Shown in pieces: positions 26,343 through 41,659 of a stretch of 64,000 bases of DNA; within the stretch, counting starts at the first letter, position 1; the number at the start of each line of letters is the position of its first letter. The DNA lies in assembly GCF_001194135.2 (NCBI RefSeq), contig NC_069002.1, forward strand, positions 33,892,819 to 33,956,818, given 5' to 3'. The stretch comes from Octopus bimaculoides. Lineage: Eukaryota. The notes below the pieces were generated by a model, which was not told where the DNA came from, made no database searches, and saw only the letters and a list, made by a program, of their open reading frames with translations. Position numbers and translations under genes: made by a program.

Positions 26343-29088
26343 CAAATAGTACAGAGGTAGAGAAAGAGGGAAAGGTCTAAATTTAAATATAGTTTTGTAA
26401 ACAAACCGTAAATATCTTAATTGAATTATAATAACGTAACTGGGAAGCAAAGGGTTTTCGCGACAGAAATTCTTTGATAAGAACTACGAAATTTTAATGA
26501 GTTTATTATCAGTGAAAAAGCAAAACAATCTAATGTTTGTAACACTTAGTCTTCTTTGGAGATAAAATTTTTGAAATATAATATGACAGTTATAGAAAGA
26601 TTTGAATGGCTGGGTGGTTGGAACTATTTTTATTAAGAAAATTTAATTGCTCAGTGATCGTTATTCTGCATTAACGTTTATGTGGCGGATTGTTCCGCAG
26701 ATACGTCTATCCATACTGAAATGCTCACGTAGAATTTGCGTGACGATGTGTGCGCACGCGTGCGCGTGTATGCGTGCGTGGTTGTGCGTGTGTGCGTGCG
26801 TGGGTGTGTATGTCTTTATTTGTGTAGGGAGGGTGTGAATTCGAATTACAACTGCAGCCCTTTCGACCAACTTATCTCCAATTTCCCTATACCAAATCCA
26901 ATGCACAAATATACGGAGACCCAGGATGATTGCAAATAACATTTTCCGGGAGGTGAGATTGAACCAGTGACTATCCAGCCTTACGATGATCTCTCAAAGA
27001 GATATTTATTGGCTTATGCCATATCTTCTCGGAACATGGTGTTCAGCTATCTATCTACCTGTCTATATGCCTTTATGTCTGTCTGTCGGTCTCTCTTTTA
27101 TATCTCTGCACACACATGTATACACAAACACACTTACACACGCACACACACAGACACACTCACACACATAGATATTCATACACACATACATATTCATACA
27201 CACATACATATGTATAAGTCTGTCATATCTGGTCTTTTAGGATGATTTTGTTTTAAATTCTTACTGGAAATTGATCTAATTTAATTTATTAATATACACG
27301 AACATTTATGAATGAAACTGACGTCGAGCATTACTGATTTACTAGGATTTCAAACGAATTTCTCAACAAGTACCATCATCATACAGTCACACACACACAC
27401 ACAATCATAAAGACAGGCAACTATATTGGACAACCTCCTCATCGAAAACCAGTCGTACATTATCGTACCGCCATCACCACCTCAACTACCAAAACCTCAG
27501 CATTTATCAATGACATATTTTCTCCATTATCGCCATCACATGACACAACTCTATGAATGAATATATTTAGATATCAGGTTCCAGTTGTCTGGTAAATTAA
27601 GGTCCCCCCCCATTACCATACCCTTAAGTGACCGAATATTACGTGGACACAGTTATCCATAAAAAAGAATGTGAAAGGATGCACATTTGACATTACGGGA
27701 CATTTTTTTTGTGACAGCCTTTCATATACTTTTAAACAGATTTTCTAAAATTGAGGTAAATCCAAATACTATACAAATTCACATTTGCTCAAGAACCATC
27801 GTCGTCCTCGGGGAGAACACGAGAAAGTATTCTATGACCATACATGGTATTTCGACGAACCTACATGTGCAAAATTCAATGTAAGACCTATATTTGTTCA
27901 GTCATACGTTTGTTGTATCATATAGTCCATGTGAATCTATATAATCTACGAAAACCCTATGTGAAATAATTTCCATTCTCTATTAAACAATATTGGGTTT
28001 ATCTTCAATACACTAAACTTACACTCTGTTCTGAACATAAAGCAAAGCATTAAGAGACAAGCCATCCGTCCACATATATGTATGTTTATAGGTGTGTTTA
28101 TACACGTATAAAAACAAACACTCACACATACACATACGCATACACACGCACGCATGCCTGAATCACACATATATATACATGCATCTGTTATAAATAGTTA
28201 GCAAAGCAACAGAGTAACGCAGAAATACGTGCACTCACATGTGGCCGAAGTTCATTATAGTATACAGGGTATATGTTTGACCCCATCAGACAACTAATCG
28301 TAAACAGTCCAGATAGTAATGTGTGCGCTTCGAATTCTGAATAAAACATTTTATACGAAAAGAAGAAAAATCTTAAAGTTTAAGATTTGTTTCGCGGTAG
28401 AAGTTTCTTTCGGCCCACTAACTACATCTCACTTAAATATGTAGTCAGCATATGCGTATAAAATCCAATCAGTGACCAAATATCGATTAGAAAGACGGAC
28501 ATTATATAAAACAGAGCCTAAGTTATCGGTAACATTCTATACGATGTTCAGAGGTTAAGACAAATGACACTGTTCACCTATATTTTCCACGGAGATATTA
28601 TAGCATTGAAAGTAAAGAGGGTATTGAATCTCTGATTAATAATATTGCCAGGGTAAAACGGCACAAACAAAAATCCATACATCCAGTCTTCATCGATGCA
28701 AGAGTACTTTTGATAATTAAGAGTTATAAATACTTATTACAAATGTCTAGACGTAATATGATTAATTGATATTAATAAATTAATTACGGTACACAAAACT
28801 CTCGTGTTTTTATGTTTCAATACACATATTCATGTGTTTGCGTGCGCGCTGTGTGTAAGTGTGTGTGTAACTGTCTGTGAGAATCATATCCATATGTATG
28901 TGTGTGCGTGAGTATGTGTGTGTGTGTGTATATATATATGTATATATATATATATATTTACACACACACACACAAATATACATATATATATGTGTGTGTG
29001 TGTGTATGTGTGTGTGTATATAAATATATATATATATAGATATGCACATATATTTATATGCATATACATACATGTATCTGTTCATTCT

Positions 29089-29148
<60 letters not shown>

Positions 29149-29519
29149 AATCTGTGTGTATGTGGGTGTGTCTGCCTGCGCGTCCGTGTGTGCCTGTGCG
29201 TGTGTGTATTTCTAACACTTTATTTAGTGACCTTCGACACGAGGAAAACCGGAAAGGGTCACAAACTAAAAAAAAGGTCAACTTTGGCAACAGGAATGTT
29301 TGTGTCAGATGCTCTGTCAATGAACCATGATCATATTGATCGCCAATATCAAAGAGAATATTGCCAATATCATTCGCTAATGACTTTGTCACACATTCTC
29401 TCCTAACTAGGCATTCTGATAGTGTGGAAATGTGCGAAACCTTACGGGTAATGGTGATGACACGATCGTTAAAAGTCTCTTAAGGCACTCTGTGAGTATC
29501 AAGAATTTTATGGTTATTA

Positions 29520-30170
29520 ACGCAACCATAGCGCACATTATTGCTGTTCTTGTTGCTACAGCTGCTGTTGAGGTTGTTGTTGCTGGTGTTGTTGTGTTTG
29601 ATATTATTAGACTCCTTGTTGTTGTAGCTGTTGCTGCTAATATTAGTGTTGTTGCTGGTGTTGTTGTTGTTGTTCTTGATCGTCGTTATTGTTATTGTGA
29701 ACGGTGTTAGAGTTGGGCTTCGTTGATGTTGATGTTGTTGCACGTGCTGTACGTCTAATAGATGTTGTTTTTGTTGTTGTTGTTGTTGTTGTTGTTCATG
29801 GAATTGTTTATCTAATACTTGTAATAAATATAATGAGGATACTTGCTTCGGCAGCTCGGTTGCCATAAATATAAAGGTGGTGGTGGTTGTGGTGGTGACG
29901 GTGGGGCTATGGTGGTCGCGGTGTTCGATCTGGTGGTGGCGATGGAGATGATGATGATGATGATGATGATGATAATGATAATGACGACGAGGGCGACGAT
30001 AATTATGACGAACATGATGCTGATTATGATGACGATGATTAAGCTGATGATGCGGTAACGAGGCTGATGATGATCATGATGATCATGATGATGACGGCGA
30101 CGTCGATGAACATGACAGTTATGACGTTGATGATGACGAAATGGGGATTGCGATGACAATAATACCAAGG
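29520..30170. repeat. (GTT)/(GGT)/(GAT) trinucleotide microsatellite field
   Basis: Directly visible. Confidence 0.9.
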
Positions 30171-30710
30171 ATGATTATATAAACGGAGTTGCAATTGTTA
30201 TTATATAGCTGCCTTTGATAATGATTTGTTATTCCGGAATTAATTGCCGTCCTCGCCATNNNNNNNNNNNNNNNNNNNNNNNNNNNNNNNNNNNNNNNNN
30301 NNNNNNNNNNNNNNNNNNNNNNNNNNNNNNNNNNNNNNNNNNNNNNNNNNNNNNNNNNNNNNNNNNNNNNNNNNNNNNNNNNNNNNNNNNNNNNNNNNNN
30401 NNNNNNNNNNNNNNNNNNNNNNNNNNNNNNNNNNNNNNNNNNNNNNNNNNNNNNNNNNNNNNNNNNNNNNNNNNNNNNNNNNNNNNNNNNNNNNNNNNNN
30501 NNNNNNNNNNNNNNNNNNNNNNNNNNNNNNNNNNNNNNNNNNNNNNNNNNNNNNNNNNNNNNNNNNNNNNNNNNNNNNNNNNNNNNNNNNNNNNNNNNNN
30601 NNNNNNNNNNNNNNNNNNNNNNNNNNNNNNNNNNNNNNNNNNNNNNNNNNNNNNNNNNNNNNNNNNNNNNNNNNNNNNNNNNNNNNNNNNNNNNNNNNNN
30701 NNNNNNNNNN

Positions 30711-30757
<47 letters not shown>

Positions 30758-30854
30758 TATATATATGTTGATAGATAAATTCCATGGATGTATTAAATGG
30801 ATGATATTATTTTTAACTAAGAGACTAGAAACGTATTGAATTGTTCAACTGATT

Positions 30855-31234
30855 CAGTTCTGTGGCTGGGTGGTAAGTAGCTTGCTCCCAACCAAATGTT
30901 TCCTGGTTCAGTCCCACCGCGTGGCTCCTTAGTCAAGTGTCTTCTGCTGTAGACTCGGGCCGACCAAAGCCTTGTGAATGGATTTGGTAGACGGAAACTG
31001 AACGATGCCTGTGGTATATGAGGATATTATATGTTTGTATGTCTGTGTTTGCCCTCCTCACCATCGCTTGACAACCAATGTTGGTGTGCTTACGTCAACG
31101 TAACTTAGCAGTTCGGCAAAAGTTACCGATAGTATAAGTACTAGGCTTACAAAAAATATGTCCTGGGGTCGATTTTTTTTTTACTAAAAGGCAGTGCTCC
31201 AGCATGTTCGCAGCCAAAATGACTGAAACAAGTA
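30855..31234 (+). mobile_element. SINE family B, near full length (~380 bp)
   Basis: tRNA-like head (gtggtaag...ggttcagtccc), ggccgaccaaagccttgtga, internal TG tract, atcgcttgacaacc, aagtactaggcttac and 3' end gactgaaacaagta. Confidence 0.92.
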
Positions 31235-31489
31235 TTTATTAGTTTCCTCATATTTATAAATGGTTCCGTTCCTCCCACTATTGTGATGACCAATTTTCTC
31301 TCATTAATAATACTGTCATCACTTTTGATGACACGGGTATGACTTTATTCATAATGCCATGGCATTATTAATTATCGTTATATAAATTCTTGTACACTGA
31401 CTTTTATTTATTATTAACAGCTGATGGCAAAAAGTGTAGATTTAAAATATTTGAAACATGTGATTAAGCTGAGTGAATGCAACAACTCG

Positions 31490-31760
31490 ACCTAGAACAT
31501 CGGCAAGACACCCATGACCAACACCACCGACACGAGCATCACCACAACAACCAACACCATCACCAACATCAACTTGACCACCAACATCAACACCACCATC
31601 AACACCACCATCAACATCATCCTGATCATCACCATCACCACCACCAACAACAACAACAGCAACAACACCACCATCACCACCATCACCATCATCATCATCA
31701 TCACAATCTCAACATCCTCATTAACGTCACCCTCGTCATCGTTGTCATGGATCGTGAGTT
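31490..31760. repeat. (CAC)/(CAA)/(CAT) trinucleotide microsatellite
   Basis: Directly visible. Confidence 0.9.
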
Positions 31761-32099
31761 AAGCTGTTAGAGCTAAACACAAGCACACACATATAAATAC
31801 ACGTATATATTAGAGAACTTATGCTCACACACACACACACACACTATTCCACACACGCTGTATCCGCCAACCAATTAAAGTTAGAGATCTCAATAATGAA
31901 TGCATTATTTCTAATCCAAAATACAAATTTGCCACGTCATCACAATTATGATAAGAATGATAATCTACCCCACCACCGCCACCACTACAAACAAAAATCT
32001 ACAACAACAAAAACAACACAGCATCTTAAAACTATTTTCGACCACTTGCATAACAAGCGTCGCCATCACGTCAGCTTAACCTCAACCAACACAAGATAA

Positions 32100-32125
32100 A
32101 CACCGCCACCATCACATCAACCACC

Positions 32126-32156
<31 letters not shown>

Positions 32157-32230
32157 CCACTACCACCACCATTAATACCAACACCAACACGACCACAACA
32201 ACAACAATGACACCACCAAAACTACCACCA

Positions 32231-32263
<33 letters not shown>

Positions 32264-33050
32264 CTTCCAAAACTACCACCACAACCTCCACCAACAACAG
32301 CAACAACAATACCTCAACCACAAACCATCGCCACCACCACGACACACCTAAATCCTCACGACCACCACGACAATCACCGCCACTACAACCACTACTACCA
32401 TCTCCAAACCCACAACCATCACCACCACTACAACCATCAACACCACCACTACAACCATCACCACCACTACAACCAACACAGCACTATAACCATCAGCACC
32501 ACCACCGCAACCGTCCCTATAGCCATTACCACATATATCGCTTCTGCTACAATTACCATCACGACCGTCATCATCACTGCCACCAGAACTACCAACAACA
32601 CCATCACCATTATTATCACCACCACCACCACCACCACCACCCATGTATCATAAACAATCCTCTCACGACCACCACTAATCAATCCGCTAAACCTACATCG
32701 TGTTTCTGACAAGCCTTCATATTCATATTTCCTTTTACTTCCGCAAGACCTCCCGCCTCCTCCTCCACCTCATCATCATCATCATCATCATCGTCGTTAT
32801 CATCATCATCATCGTCACCATCATTAACGTGATCACTATCATCATCATCATCGTCGTCGTTATCATCATCATCATCGTCACCATCATTAACGTGATCACT
32901 ATCATCATCATCGTCATCATCATCACCATCATTATTATCGTCGTCATCATTATCATCATCATCATCATCATCATCATCGCCATCATCAACTTCATCCGCA
33001 TCCCTTTCTACCTTATTCTTGTCCTCGTCCTCCTCATTCTCCTCCAAACT
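32100..33050. repeat. (CAC)/(CAA)/(CAT) trinucleotide field with higher-order units
   Basis: Directly visible; includes repeated caaccatcaccaccacta units and a ~63-bp duplication near 32785-32915. Confidence 0.9.
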
Positions 33051-33254
33051 TCCAGTCTCCTAACAGTCAATGCCTTCATTCTCAACTTCCTCCTCTGCTT
33101 GCACTCCTCTGCTTGCACTCCTAACNNNNNNNNNNTCTGCGTCCACCTCCTCTTCTACAGCATCCCAACCTTCCTCTACATTTTGGGTACACACATTTCG
33201 CCATGCTTTCGTTTTGTTTATTTTTTTCTTGCTTCTTTGTCACGTGTGATATTA

Positions 33255-33620
33255 ATGATACCGATTTGTTGTTGCTATTGTTGTTATTGCTGCTGCGGAT
33301 GCTGCTGCTGCTGCTGTTACTGTTACTGTTCTTCATGCTATGTTTTATTTCCTCCATTTTATTCTTCTGGTTTTTTGGCTGTTGTTTCTATAACTAGGGT
33401 TGTTGACATAGACGTTGTTGCTTTTCTACTTTTGTACTTTTCTTACCGCTCTTATTGTCTTTCCTGTTATTATTATCATTATTATTATCATTATTATTAT
33501 TATTATTATTATTGATATCATTGGTGCTGTTGTTTGTTTATATTACCGTTATTCTTGTCATTATCGTTATAATTCTGATTGTTGTTGTTGTTATATTTCT
33601 TGCTGATGTTGTTTATTTCC
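33255..33620. repeat. (TTG)/(GCT)/(TTA) trinucleotide microsatellite
   Basis: Directly visible. Confidence 0.85.
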
Positions 33621-33947
33621 TGCTTGTTTATGTTTTATCGTCAGCCAAACTAATTAGTCGCGTTAATGGAACGTTGCTGGTTTATATGAAGCAATCTTTT
33701 CAACAGATAGGTAAGGAGTGAAGGAAGGAGGGACAGAGAAGGGAGGGCGAGAGAGAGAGAGAGGGAAAGAGAGAGAGAGGGAAAGAGAAAAAGATAGAAA
33801 GAGGGTGAGAGGAAAAAAAAATTATGAACACAATACTTTTAAACCATTCGATTCGGTAATGAATAGCAAATAGTTAAAATACACACACACACACACACAC
33901 ACATATGTGTGTATGCGTGTGCGTGTGTGTGTGTGTATATATATAGG

Positions 33948-34010
<63 letters not shown>

Positions 34011-35790
34011 CATTCATATACATACACAAACATATATATGCGTGTGCGTGTGTGTTCCCATATGTGAGTGGTGGTGTGTGTCTGCATATCGATAATGATT
34101 GAAAGTACTTATGGTATTGATAGTTCCATGTTTAATGTTGTTAGTATGGACGTGTGTGTGTGTATGTGTGTGCAAGTGAGTGCATCCGAGTGTGTTCGGC
34201 GCGATGTTTTAGTCGATATTACACACATGTGAGATGGTGGCGTCATCGGTTTTTTGAAAGCGGTGCTAATGAAACAAACGCTGTTTGCAGACCAGCAGAC
34301 GGCGGCTACGTCGATTGCGTTGGCAACGGCGGTGGTATTAATTGTAGGTGGCGGGAAATCGAAGCGTGCGGGGAAAGGGAAGAAAAACAATGAGAGAAAA
34401 AGAAAATGGTATTATGTGATGCACTCAAATAACAAACATTTGTTGATGTTAAACAAATATTAATACTTGTTTCTCGCCATGGTGCCTGTATATGTCAACG
34501 TCTATCAATGCGTGAATTAATTCGTGTCTCATACACTCAGTCACACATTCACACATACGTACGCATATATATATATATATANNNNNNNNNNNNNNNNNNN
34601 NNNNNNNNNNNNNNNNNNNNNNNNNNNNNNNNNNNNNNNNNNNNNNNNNNNNNNNNNNNNNNNNNNNNNNNNNNNNNNNNNNNNNNNNNNNNNNNNNNNN
34701 NNNNNNNNNNNNNNNNNNNNNNNNNNNNNNNNNNNNNNNNNNNNNNNNNNNNNNNNNNNNNNNNNNNNNNNNNNNNNNNNNNNNNNNNNNNNNNNNNNNN
34801 NNNNNNNNNNNNNNNNNNNNNNNNNNNNNNNNNNNNNNNNNNNNNNNNNNNNNNNNNNNNNNNNNNNNNNNNNNNNNNNNNNNNNNNNNNNNNNNNNNNN
34901 NNNNNNNNNNNNNNNNNNNNNNNNNNNNNNNNNNNNNNNNNNNNNNNNNNNNNNNNNNNNNNNNNNNNNNNNNNNNNNNNNNNNNNNNNNNNNNNNNNNN
35001 NNNNNNNNNNNNNNNNNNNNNNNNNNNNNNNNNNNNNNNNNNNNNNNNNNNNNNNNNNNNNNNNNNNNNNNNNNNNNNNNNNNNNNNNNNNNNNNNNNNN
35101 NNNNNNNNNNNNNNNNNNNNNNNNNNNNNNNNNNNNNNNNNNNNNNNNNNNNNNNNNNNNNNNNNNNNNNNNNNNNNNNNNNNNTATATATATATATATA
35201 TATATATATCGCATGTGTGCACGTAACGCGCACACACAGTCATAATTACTAACTCACACAAATTTCCGCACGCACGCTCACGCCCACGCAGGCACTCACA
35301 CACACACCAACACACACATACACACGCACATGCACAAACCTACATACTCAGCTCTATGAACGCATGGGATTTAATACATTAACAATTACGCCAGTGCTAT
35401 GTCATTAACTTTTTAATTATTATTTTTTTTTTTTTGTATCTATCTAATTCATGTAGTATTAATATTTTTTCTTTCCGAAAACACAGAAAGAAATTTAGTG
35501 AATATTGAGTCATGACATTTTCTTTCCAGTATATTTTTAGTAAATAATTGTTTCAATACACCCAAGCTGCATTAAACACTTAGGTGCAATAATTGATTTA
35601 TGGAAGTACACACACACAAGCAAGTACACAGCCACAGACGTATATATACGTGAATATATGTGTACAGGACATCAAAAAACGTAGACAAAAATAAGAAACG
35701 AGAACGTAAAAAATAAAAACATAGAAAACGAACTTTATTTCGAACAACGAGATAAGCAAACAATCAGAAAAATGAGACAGGCAACATAAA

Positions 35791-35940
35791 GTTTTGAGTT
35801 CAAAATCCTGCCGAGTCGACTTTGCCGGTCATCCTTTCGGGATCGATAATATAAGTACCGTTTGAACGCTGGCGTCGACATGATCGACTTAAGTCCTTTC
35901 CCAAAATTACTGGCCTTCTACAAAAATGTTTACCAATATT
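35791..35940 (+). mobile_element. SINE family A copy (5'-truncated)
   Basis: gagttcaaaatcctgccgagtcgactttgccggtcatcctttcgggatcgataatataagtacc. Confidence 0.85.
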
Positions 35941-35952
35941 TTAGAAATAGTC

Positions 35953-36175
35953 GAGGCGGTGAGTTGGCAGAATAGTTAGCGCGCCGGGCACAAATACTTA
36001 GCGGCATTTCGTCGATTTTCACGTTCTAAGTTCTAGTTCCACCGAGGTCGACTTTTCCTTTTATCATTCCGAATTAAAAAAATGGAGTACCAGTTAAGCA
36101 CTGGGGTCGATGTAATCAGCTCTCTGCCTCCCTGGAATTTACTGATCTTGTGACAAAATTTGTAATCAATATTAT
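35953..36175 (+). mobile_element. SINE family A copy (full length, diverged)
   Basis: gaggcggtgagttggcagaatagttagc...ccgaggtcgacttt...gtaccagttaagcactggggtcgatgtaatc. Confidence 0.88.
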
Positions 36176-37041
36176 AGAATACCGAAAAAAAAAAAAAATC
36201 AGATACATTAATTAAATATGCAAACCGTTCTATGATACAGGAATTATAAAAGAAATATAATATGAGAATTATGTGTATAATGTACAGTAAGTACCATTGT
36301 AGATATGAAACAGGAAACTGATTTAAATAACAAAAATAGTGAGAAAACAATTTAAAATCCAAAACGAAGCCAGATGAAATAAATATATATGGAAAAGTAT
36401 TCATAAATTTTAATTGTAATATAATTACAGTTAATATCATTATCATTAGTTAATTGCATTGGGAATATTTCCATTATATTAGCAAATATGTGTTGAAGTG
36501 ATAAAAATATAATAAATTATATCATTACATCGAAATGTGAAAGAACAAAAAAGTAAGAATGACATATTAACATATGAAGTAGATTTTGATTATGTTGTAG
36601 ATGTGTCTTATTTTACAACGTAGTTCATGTTTATTAGCGTATGTAGCGTTACGTAATAGATGTCATGAATATAAATTCAAACATATATGAATCTAACAGC
36701 ATATTTCGAAATGTGTTTGAAAAATATAAATGTACGGATAATAAAAGTCTACAGAATATAAAAGAGAAAGACAGGTAAAGCAACAACAATAACAAACAAA
36801 AAGAAACAAGTATTTTGGTTTGAGGCTCGGGAAAAATGCAAAAGCTTTTGACTTTTCGAACCTACGCTTTTCAACAGACAGTGATGAGAGTAAAACAGCG
36901 AGACAGAAAGAGAGAGAGAGAGAAAAAAAGAGGCGAAATGGAGAGGGAATAAACGTGTCGAGATTAATGGATCAACTATATACATAAAAATGTGTGTGAT
37001 ATGTGTGTCTGTATGAGCACAAGTGTGTGTGTTTCAGTTTA

Positions 37042-37095
<54 letters not shown>

Positions 37096-37224
37096 TTCAT
37101 ATACCACATGACATATACGTGCGCTCGCACACACATATATCCACACATGCATATATGTACATATGTATATATATTTCACTAACTGGAAGAGTTTACGGTG
37201 TACCTCAATGACAGTGTTTCCTGT

Positions 37225-37275
<51 letters not shown>

Positions 37276-38307
37276 CCTGTATGTATGTATAGATAGATAG
37301 ATAGATAGATCGACAGACTCAGTCAGACAAACAGATAGACCGACGGATATATAAATAGATAGATACATAAAACATATGTGCACATACATATATGAGTATA
37401 TATCTAAGACACGAGATATGGATTCGTGTAATCCGGTAGTACTCAAAAGAATGCTCCTTAAGGTATCATTCTACAAAACATAAAACTTATCGTACAAGCA
37501 AATATGTACTAAGAGAAATTATAAGGAGTGTGTAAATCTAAAAATGATGGGAGAAATAATATGATGAAATTTATCCAACCATTCGAAAATTCATATATCA
37601 CAACAAAATGTTTCTTAACTTTAAGCATGTAAACATACTTTATTTTTGTATATGTAATAATTAATAAATTATAAACAGAAGTGTATGCATATATATATGT
37701 ACGTGTGTATTTGTAAGGGAATTGTATATGTCCTTATATTCAATATAATACGTGATAGACGTTAAATAATTTCTACGTCATTATCATTAGGTAGGCTGAA
37801 ATTTGCAGATAAGTTTAGCAAGCGGTAGCCTCATCAATATCACCTACAGAACTATTTTATTGGTTTCACATAACTCCTGTTATCGATACCATTAAATTTT
37901 TGTTTCCATAGGTGAGTAATGAGAAGGAGTTAGCAAGGCGCAACGCTCGTACACTTAGACATATACTAAATCATAGACAATAACACAAGCATTTTTACAA
38001 AACTACTCAATATACCCTAATCAATGACAATTAGATTCCCACACACAGTTACAGCAAAAATGATACCTTTTTGAGTTCAATGTTAATGGATTTGGCATAA
38101 ATACATAGCTAAGCATTTAATGTGTACATTTCGGAAATGGAGTTATTTTTATCTCGTACAAATTTGATGTTTATAAAAAAAAAGAGAGAAAAAACTAAAC
38201 AACGAAATTAAAAGTAACACAAAGTTTTTTTTTTTGTTTGTTTCTTCCGTAAACAAATTAGCATAATTGCACACTTCTCGAGGCTTCTGTAATATACCTC
38301 GTATTAA

Positions 38308-38342
<35 letters not shown>

Positions 38343-38352
38343 ATATGTATCT

Positions 38353-38409
<57 letters not shown>

Positions 38410-39236
38410 GAACACGCACATAGAGACACACACACATAATCTGTTTGTGGGCGCACAAAATGTTTGCAAGAGAGAGTGTGGGACAGCCTCACAGAGAAAC
38501 AGAGACAGAGTAAAAATATTCTACCCACAAAAATTTACAATTCATTCGTACGATAGTTTGCTAAACTAGCAATACAACTCAATTGGTTTTACTAGATACC
38601 ACACGAACGCTGCCACTAATCAGAAGAAAGGATGAAAAATCGGTCGGTCAGAGCTGGGATGACATAAATTGTTTTGGTCCAGTATAACAGAGTTGACTTG
38701 AGTGTATAGCAAGAAAAACAATGGCAACAATAACCGATGCAATTGCAACAAAAATCTCGTATCTCTCAAATAGTATTTCCGATATAAGCAAATTCGTCGA
38801 CATAACGTATAATCGCCTCATTAAAATATTTATATATAATGGAATAGACAATAGATCAACGTCAATTTCTATATTGATATAATATTACTGACATATCAGC
38901 TTTTGTGAATGTTGGAACAATCACCTCAGAGTTTGTGCCAAACCAATAATACAACGCCATTCTTCCTTTCATCAGACGCCAACAGCTTTTCATTGTGTTC
39001 ATTGACTCAAGAAGTAAAATATATATTTGTCTTTGATATTAATAGGTTTCTTCTGATGTTAGTATGCAATGCAATTGATAATGGCTGTATTTAGGTTCGT
39101 GTAAGAGTGTGAGGAAAGGCGGAGACAGAGAGACATAGAGGGTGAGAGAGCTACAAAGAAGCATACATACACGTATATAGGTTTATATATATATATATAT
39201 ATGTATGCATACACTCCCCCCCCACACACACACACT

Positions 39237-39298
<62 letters not shown>

Positions 39299-40419
39299 TG
39301 TGTGTGTGTGAGAGAGAGAGAGTGCGTGTGTACGTCTGCGTGCGTGTTTAGAATCTTCAGACTATCGGATAACATATTGTGTAGCATCTCTTCCGAATCT
39401 GTGCATTGTCAGTTCAATTTAAGCTGTGTTCAAATTTAACTTTCATCCGTCTGGAATCGATTGAAAGATTTAGCGGTCCAGACATTGCATTAAACGTACA
39501 CTTAGTACATAACGTTTGCTGAATTTATTCCAGGTCTTTAGTTTTCCAGTGCACAAGGTAGTGCAGTGTTATTATGCGAATCTAAAAACGAATTGGAAAA
39601 CAGGCAACGGAATGACGTCTGTTCTCTTACAAAATGTCCATAGTTTCAATTCATTTGAAGGTTCCACAATAGCGTAGATTTCATGCCTTTTGCTTTAGTA
39701 TAATGAAGTTTCTTTTACATGGACCGTTCTGCAAAACATCAGCGAATATTCTTTGCTGTTCTTGCATATAAGTCAAAGACCAGCCATTCACCATTTTTCG
39801 GGGATTATCCGTGTACATGGTATTGATATACCTTACTGATGACCAAATATCGATATCTACCATTTTCGGTCATTCCAAGGTATTTTGTATTGCCTGCGCT
39901 CTGATATCCAGGTGTTCTATAACACTTCACATCATGTACGGACCTTATTCGGCCGTTATCCCGCAGCAAATGTGGCGCATGAACAAAACACACAAACTAC
40001 GTATTTGTGATCGATAACGTACCAATGTGTGTGTGTCTGTGTGTGTTTATGCATATTTACGCATATGTACCTATGTATGCGTATGTATATTTTCTTATAG
40101 ACCAGCGTCCTGGTTTGCATCATACAGGCCCTATGGTGATCCCTAAGCTTAAAAGATTCTTGTAGAGACATGGCATGCTATATAAATCTGCCAAGTTGTT
40201 TTATCTACGCAGCATGAAACTATTAGTAAATCTTTCTTGAAAATTCTGTGTATGCATGTGTGTGTGTGTGTATACATACATACATACATATATATAAATA
40301 GATATGTGTATGTATGTATGTATGTATGTATGTTTGTATGTATATATGTGTTTACGGACGCACGTGTGTGTGTGTACATTTATTTTTCTGCGTGTAAAAG
40401 TATATCATTGTGTTTGCAT

Positions 40420-40477
<58 letters not shown>

Positions 40478-41201
40478 CATATATGCATGTGTATACATAA
40501 ATAAGTAAGAGAAAGAAGAAAGCAGGTTAATGAGTGATAGACACCGCGATTTCATGAGCAAAAACGTAAAGATACCTAAACACGTGAATAAACATATAGG
40601 CACCTTGAAAACATTGCGAGAAATAACCTTATAATGACAACACGGCGTATAAGGAGGAGTTGAAGAATACTTGACAATGAAGCATGCCAAAGTTGTATTG
40701 ATAGAGTCCAAACTGTGAATTCTTTCCGTAATTGGCACGTCCGTTCAATGTAACAGCTGAATCGAATTGTTCACCTCAGTTGAGTACATCTGAGAAAGTT
40801 CTAGTAGGTTACCTGCGTTGAATGAAGAAACTTCATCCATTCAGTGTGCTGTTGACTGTTATTAAGTCTCTAGTGGCTTTACGAAGCATTCCAAGTAGCT
40901 CAGTCAGCCATTTATATTCGTTGTGCAGCAAATAAACATTAACATGTGTTATTGTTGTTCTCGCTATTCATCTCACCTCTTAACTGAATTGTCTCTAGCT
41001 TTGTGTATCTCACTGTTTCTCTTTCCCTATTTTCCGCTCGCTTTTATTCTGCATTTCTCACTCCCACATACGTGCACTAACTCACTGATTCTCACAAACG
41101 TGTGTGTTTTTACGCGTGACTATGTTTATATTGGATATATGTACACTAAGGCCAAATGGCACATGCACATATATATATATATATAAGGATCTCTCTTACT
41201 A

Positions 41202-41294
<93 letters not shown>

Positions 41295-41600
41295 NNNNNN
41301 NNNNNNNNNNNNNNNNNNNNNNNNNNNNNNNNNNNNNNNNNNNNNNNNNNNNNNNNNNNNNNNNNNNNNNNNNNNNNNNNNNNNNNNNNNNNNNNNNNNN
41401 NNNNNNNNNNNNNNNNNNNGTGGGTAGCTGATGAAGTAGAATGTTCTCTATGTGGCTCGTGTGTTTTCTCGTCTACGTTTGTTTGCAATTTCCTGTACCT
41501 AGATATGCACCTATACATACAGGTGGATGTCGGTATGCACATACCTGTACGCATATATGCATATACTCATTTACTATTTGTTTGTACATACATGCATATA

Positions 41601-41659
<59 letters not shown>

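Noticed and set aside
30855-30930. tRNA-like A/B-box sequence
   Set aside because: It is the head of SINE family B, is repeated at 3683, 46051 and 51200, and has no cloverleaf.
29480-33721. PolyQ/H/D/T/I ORFs (e.g. 32679-33047 Asp-rich, 32700-33515)
   Set aside because: They are translations of trinucleotide microsatellites open in several frames, with no splice or domain evidence.
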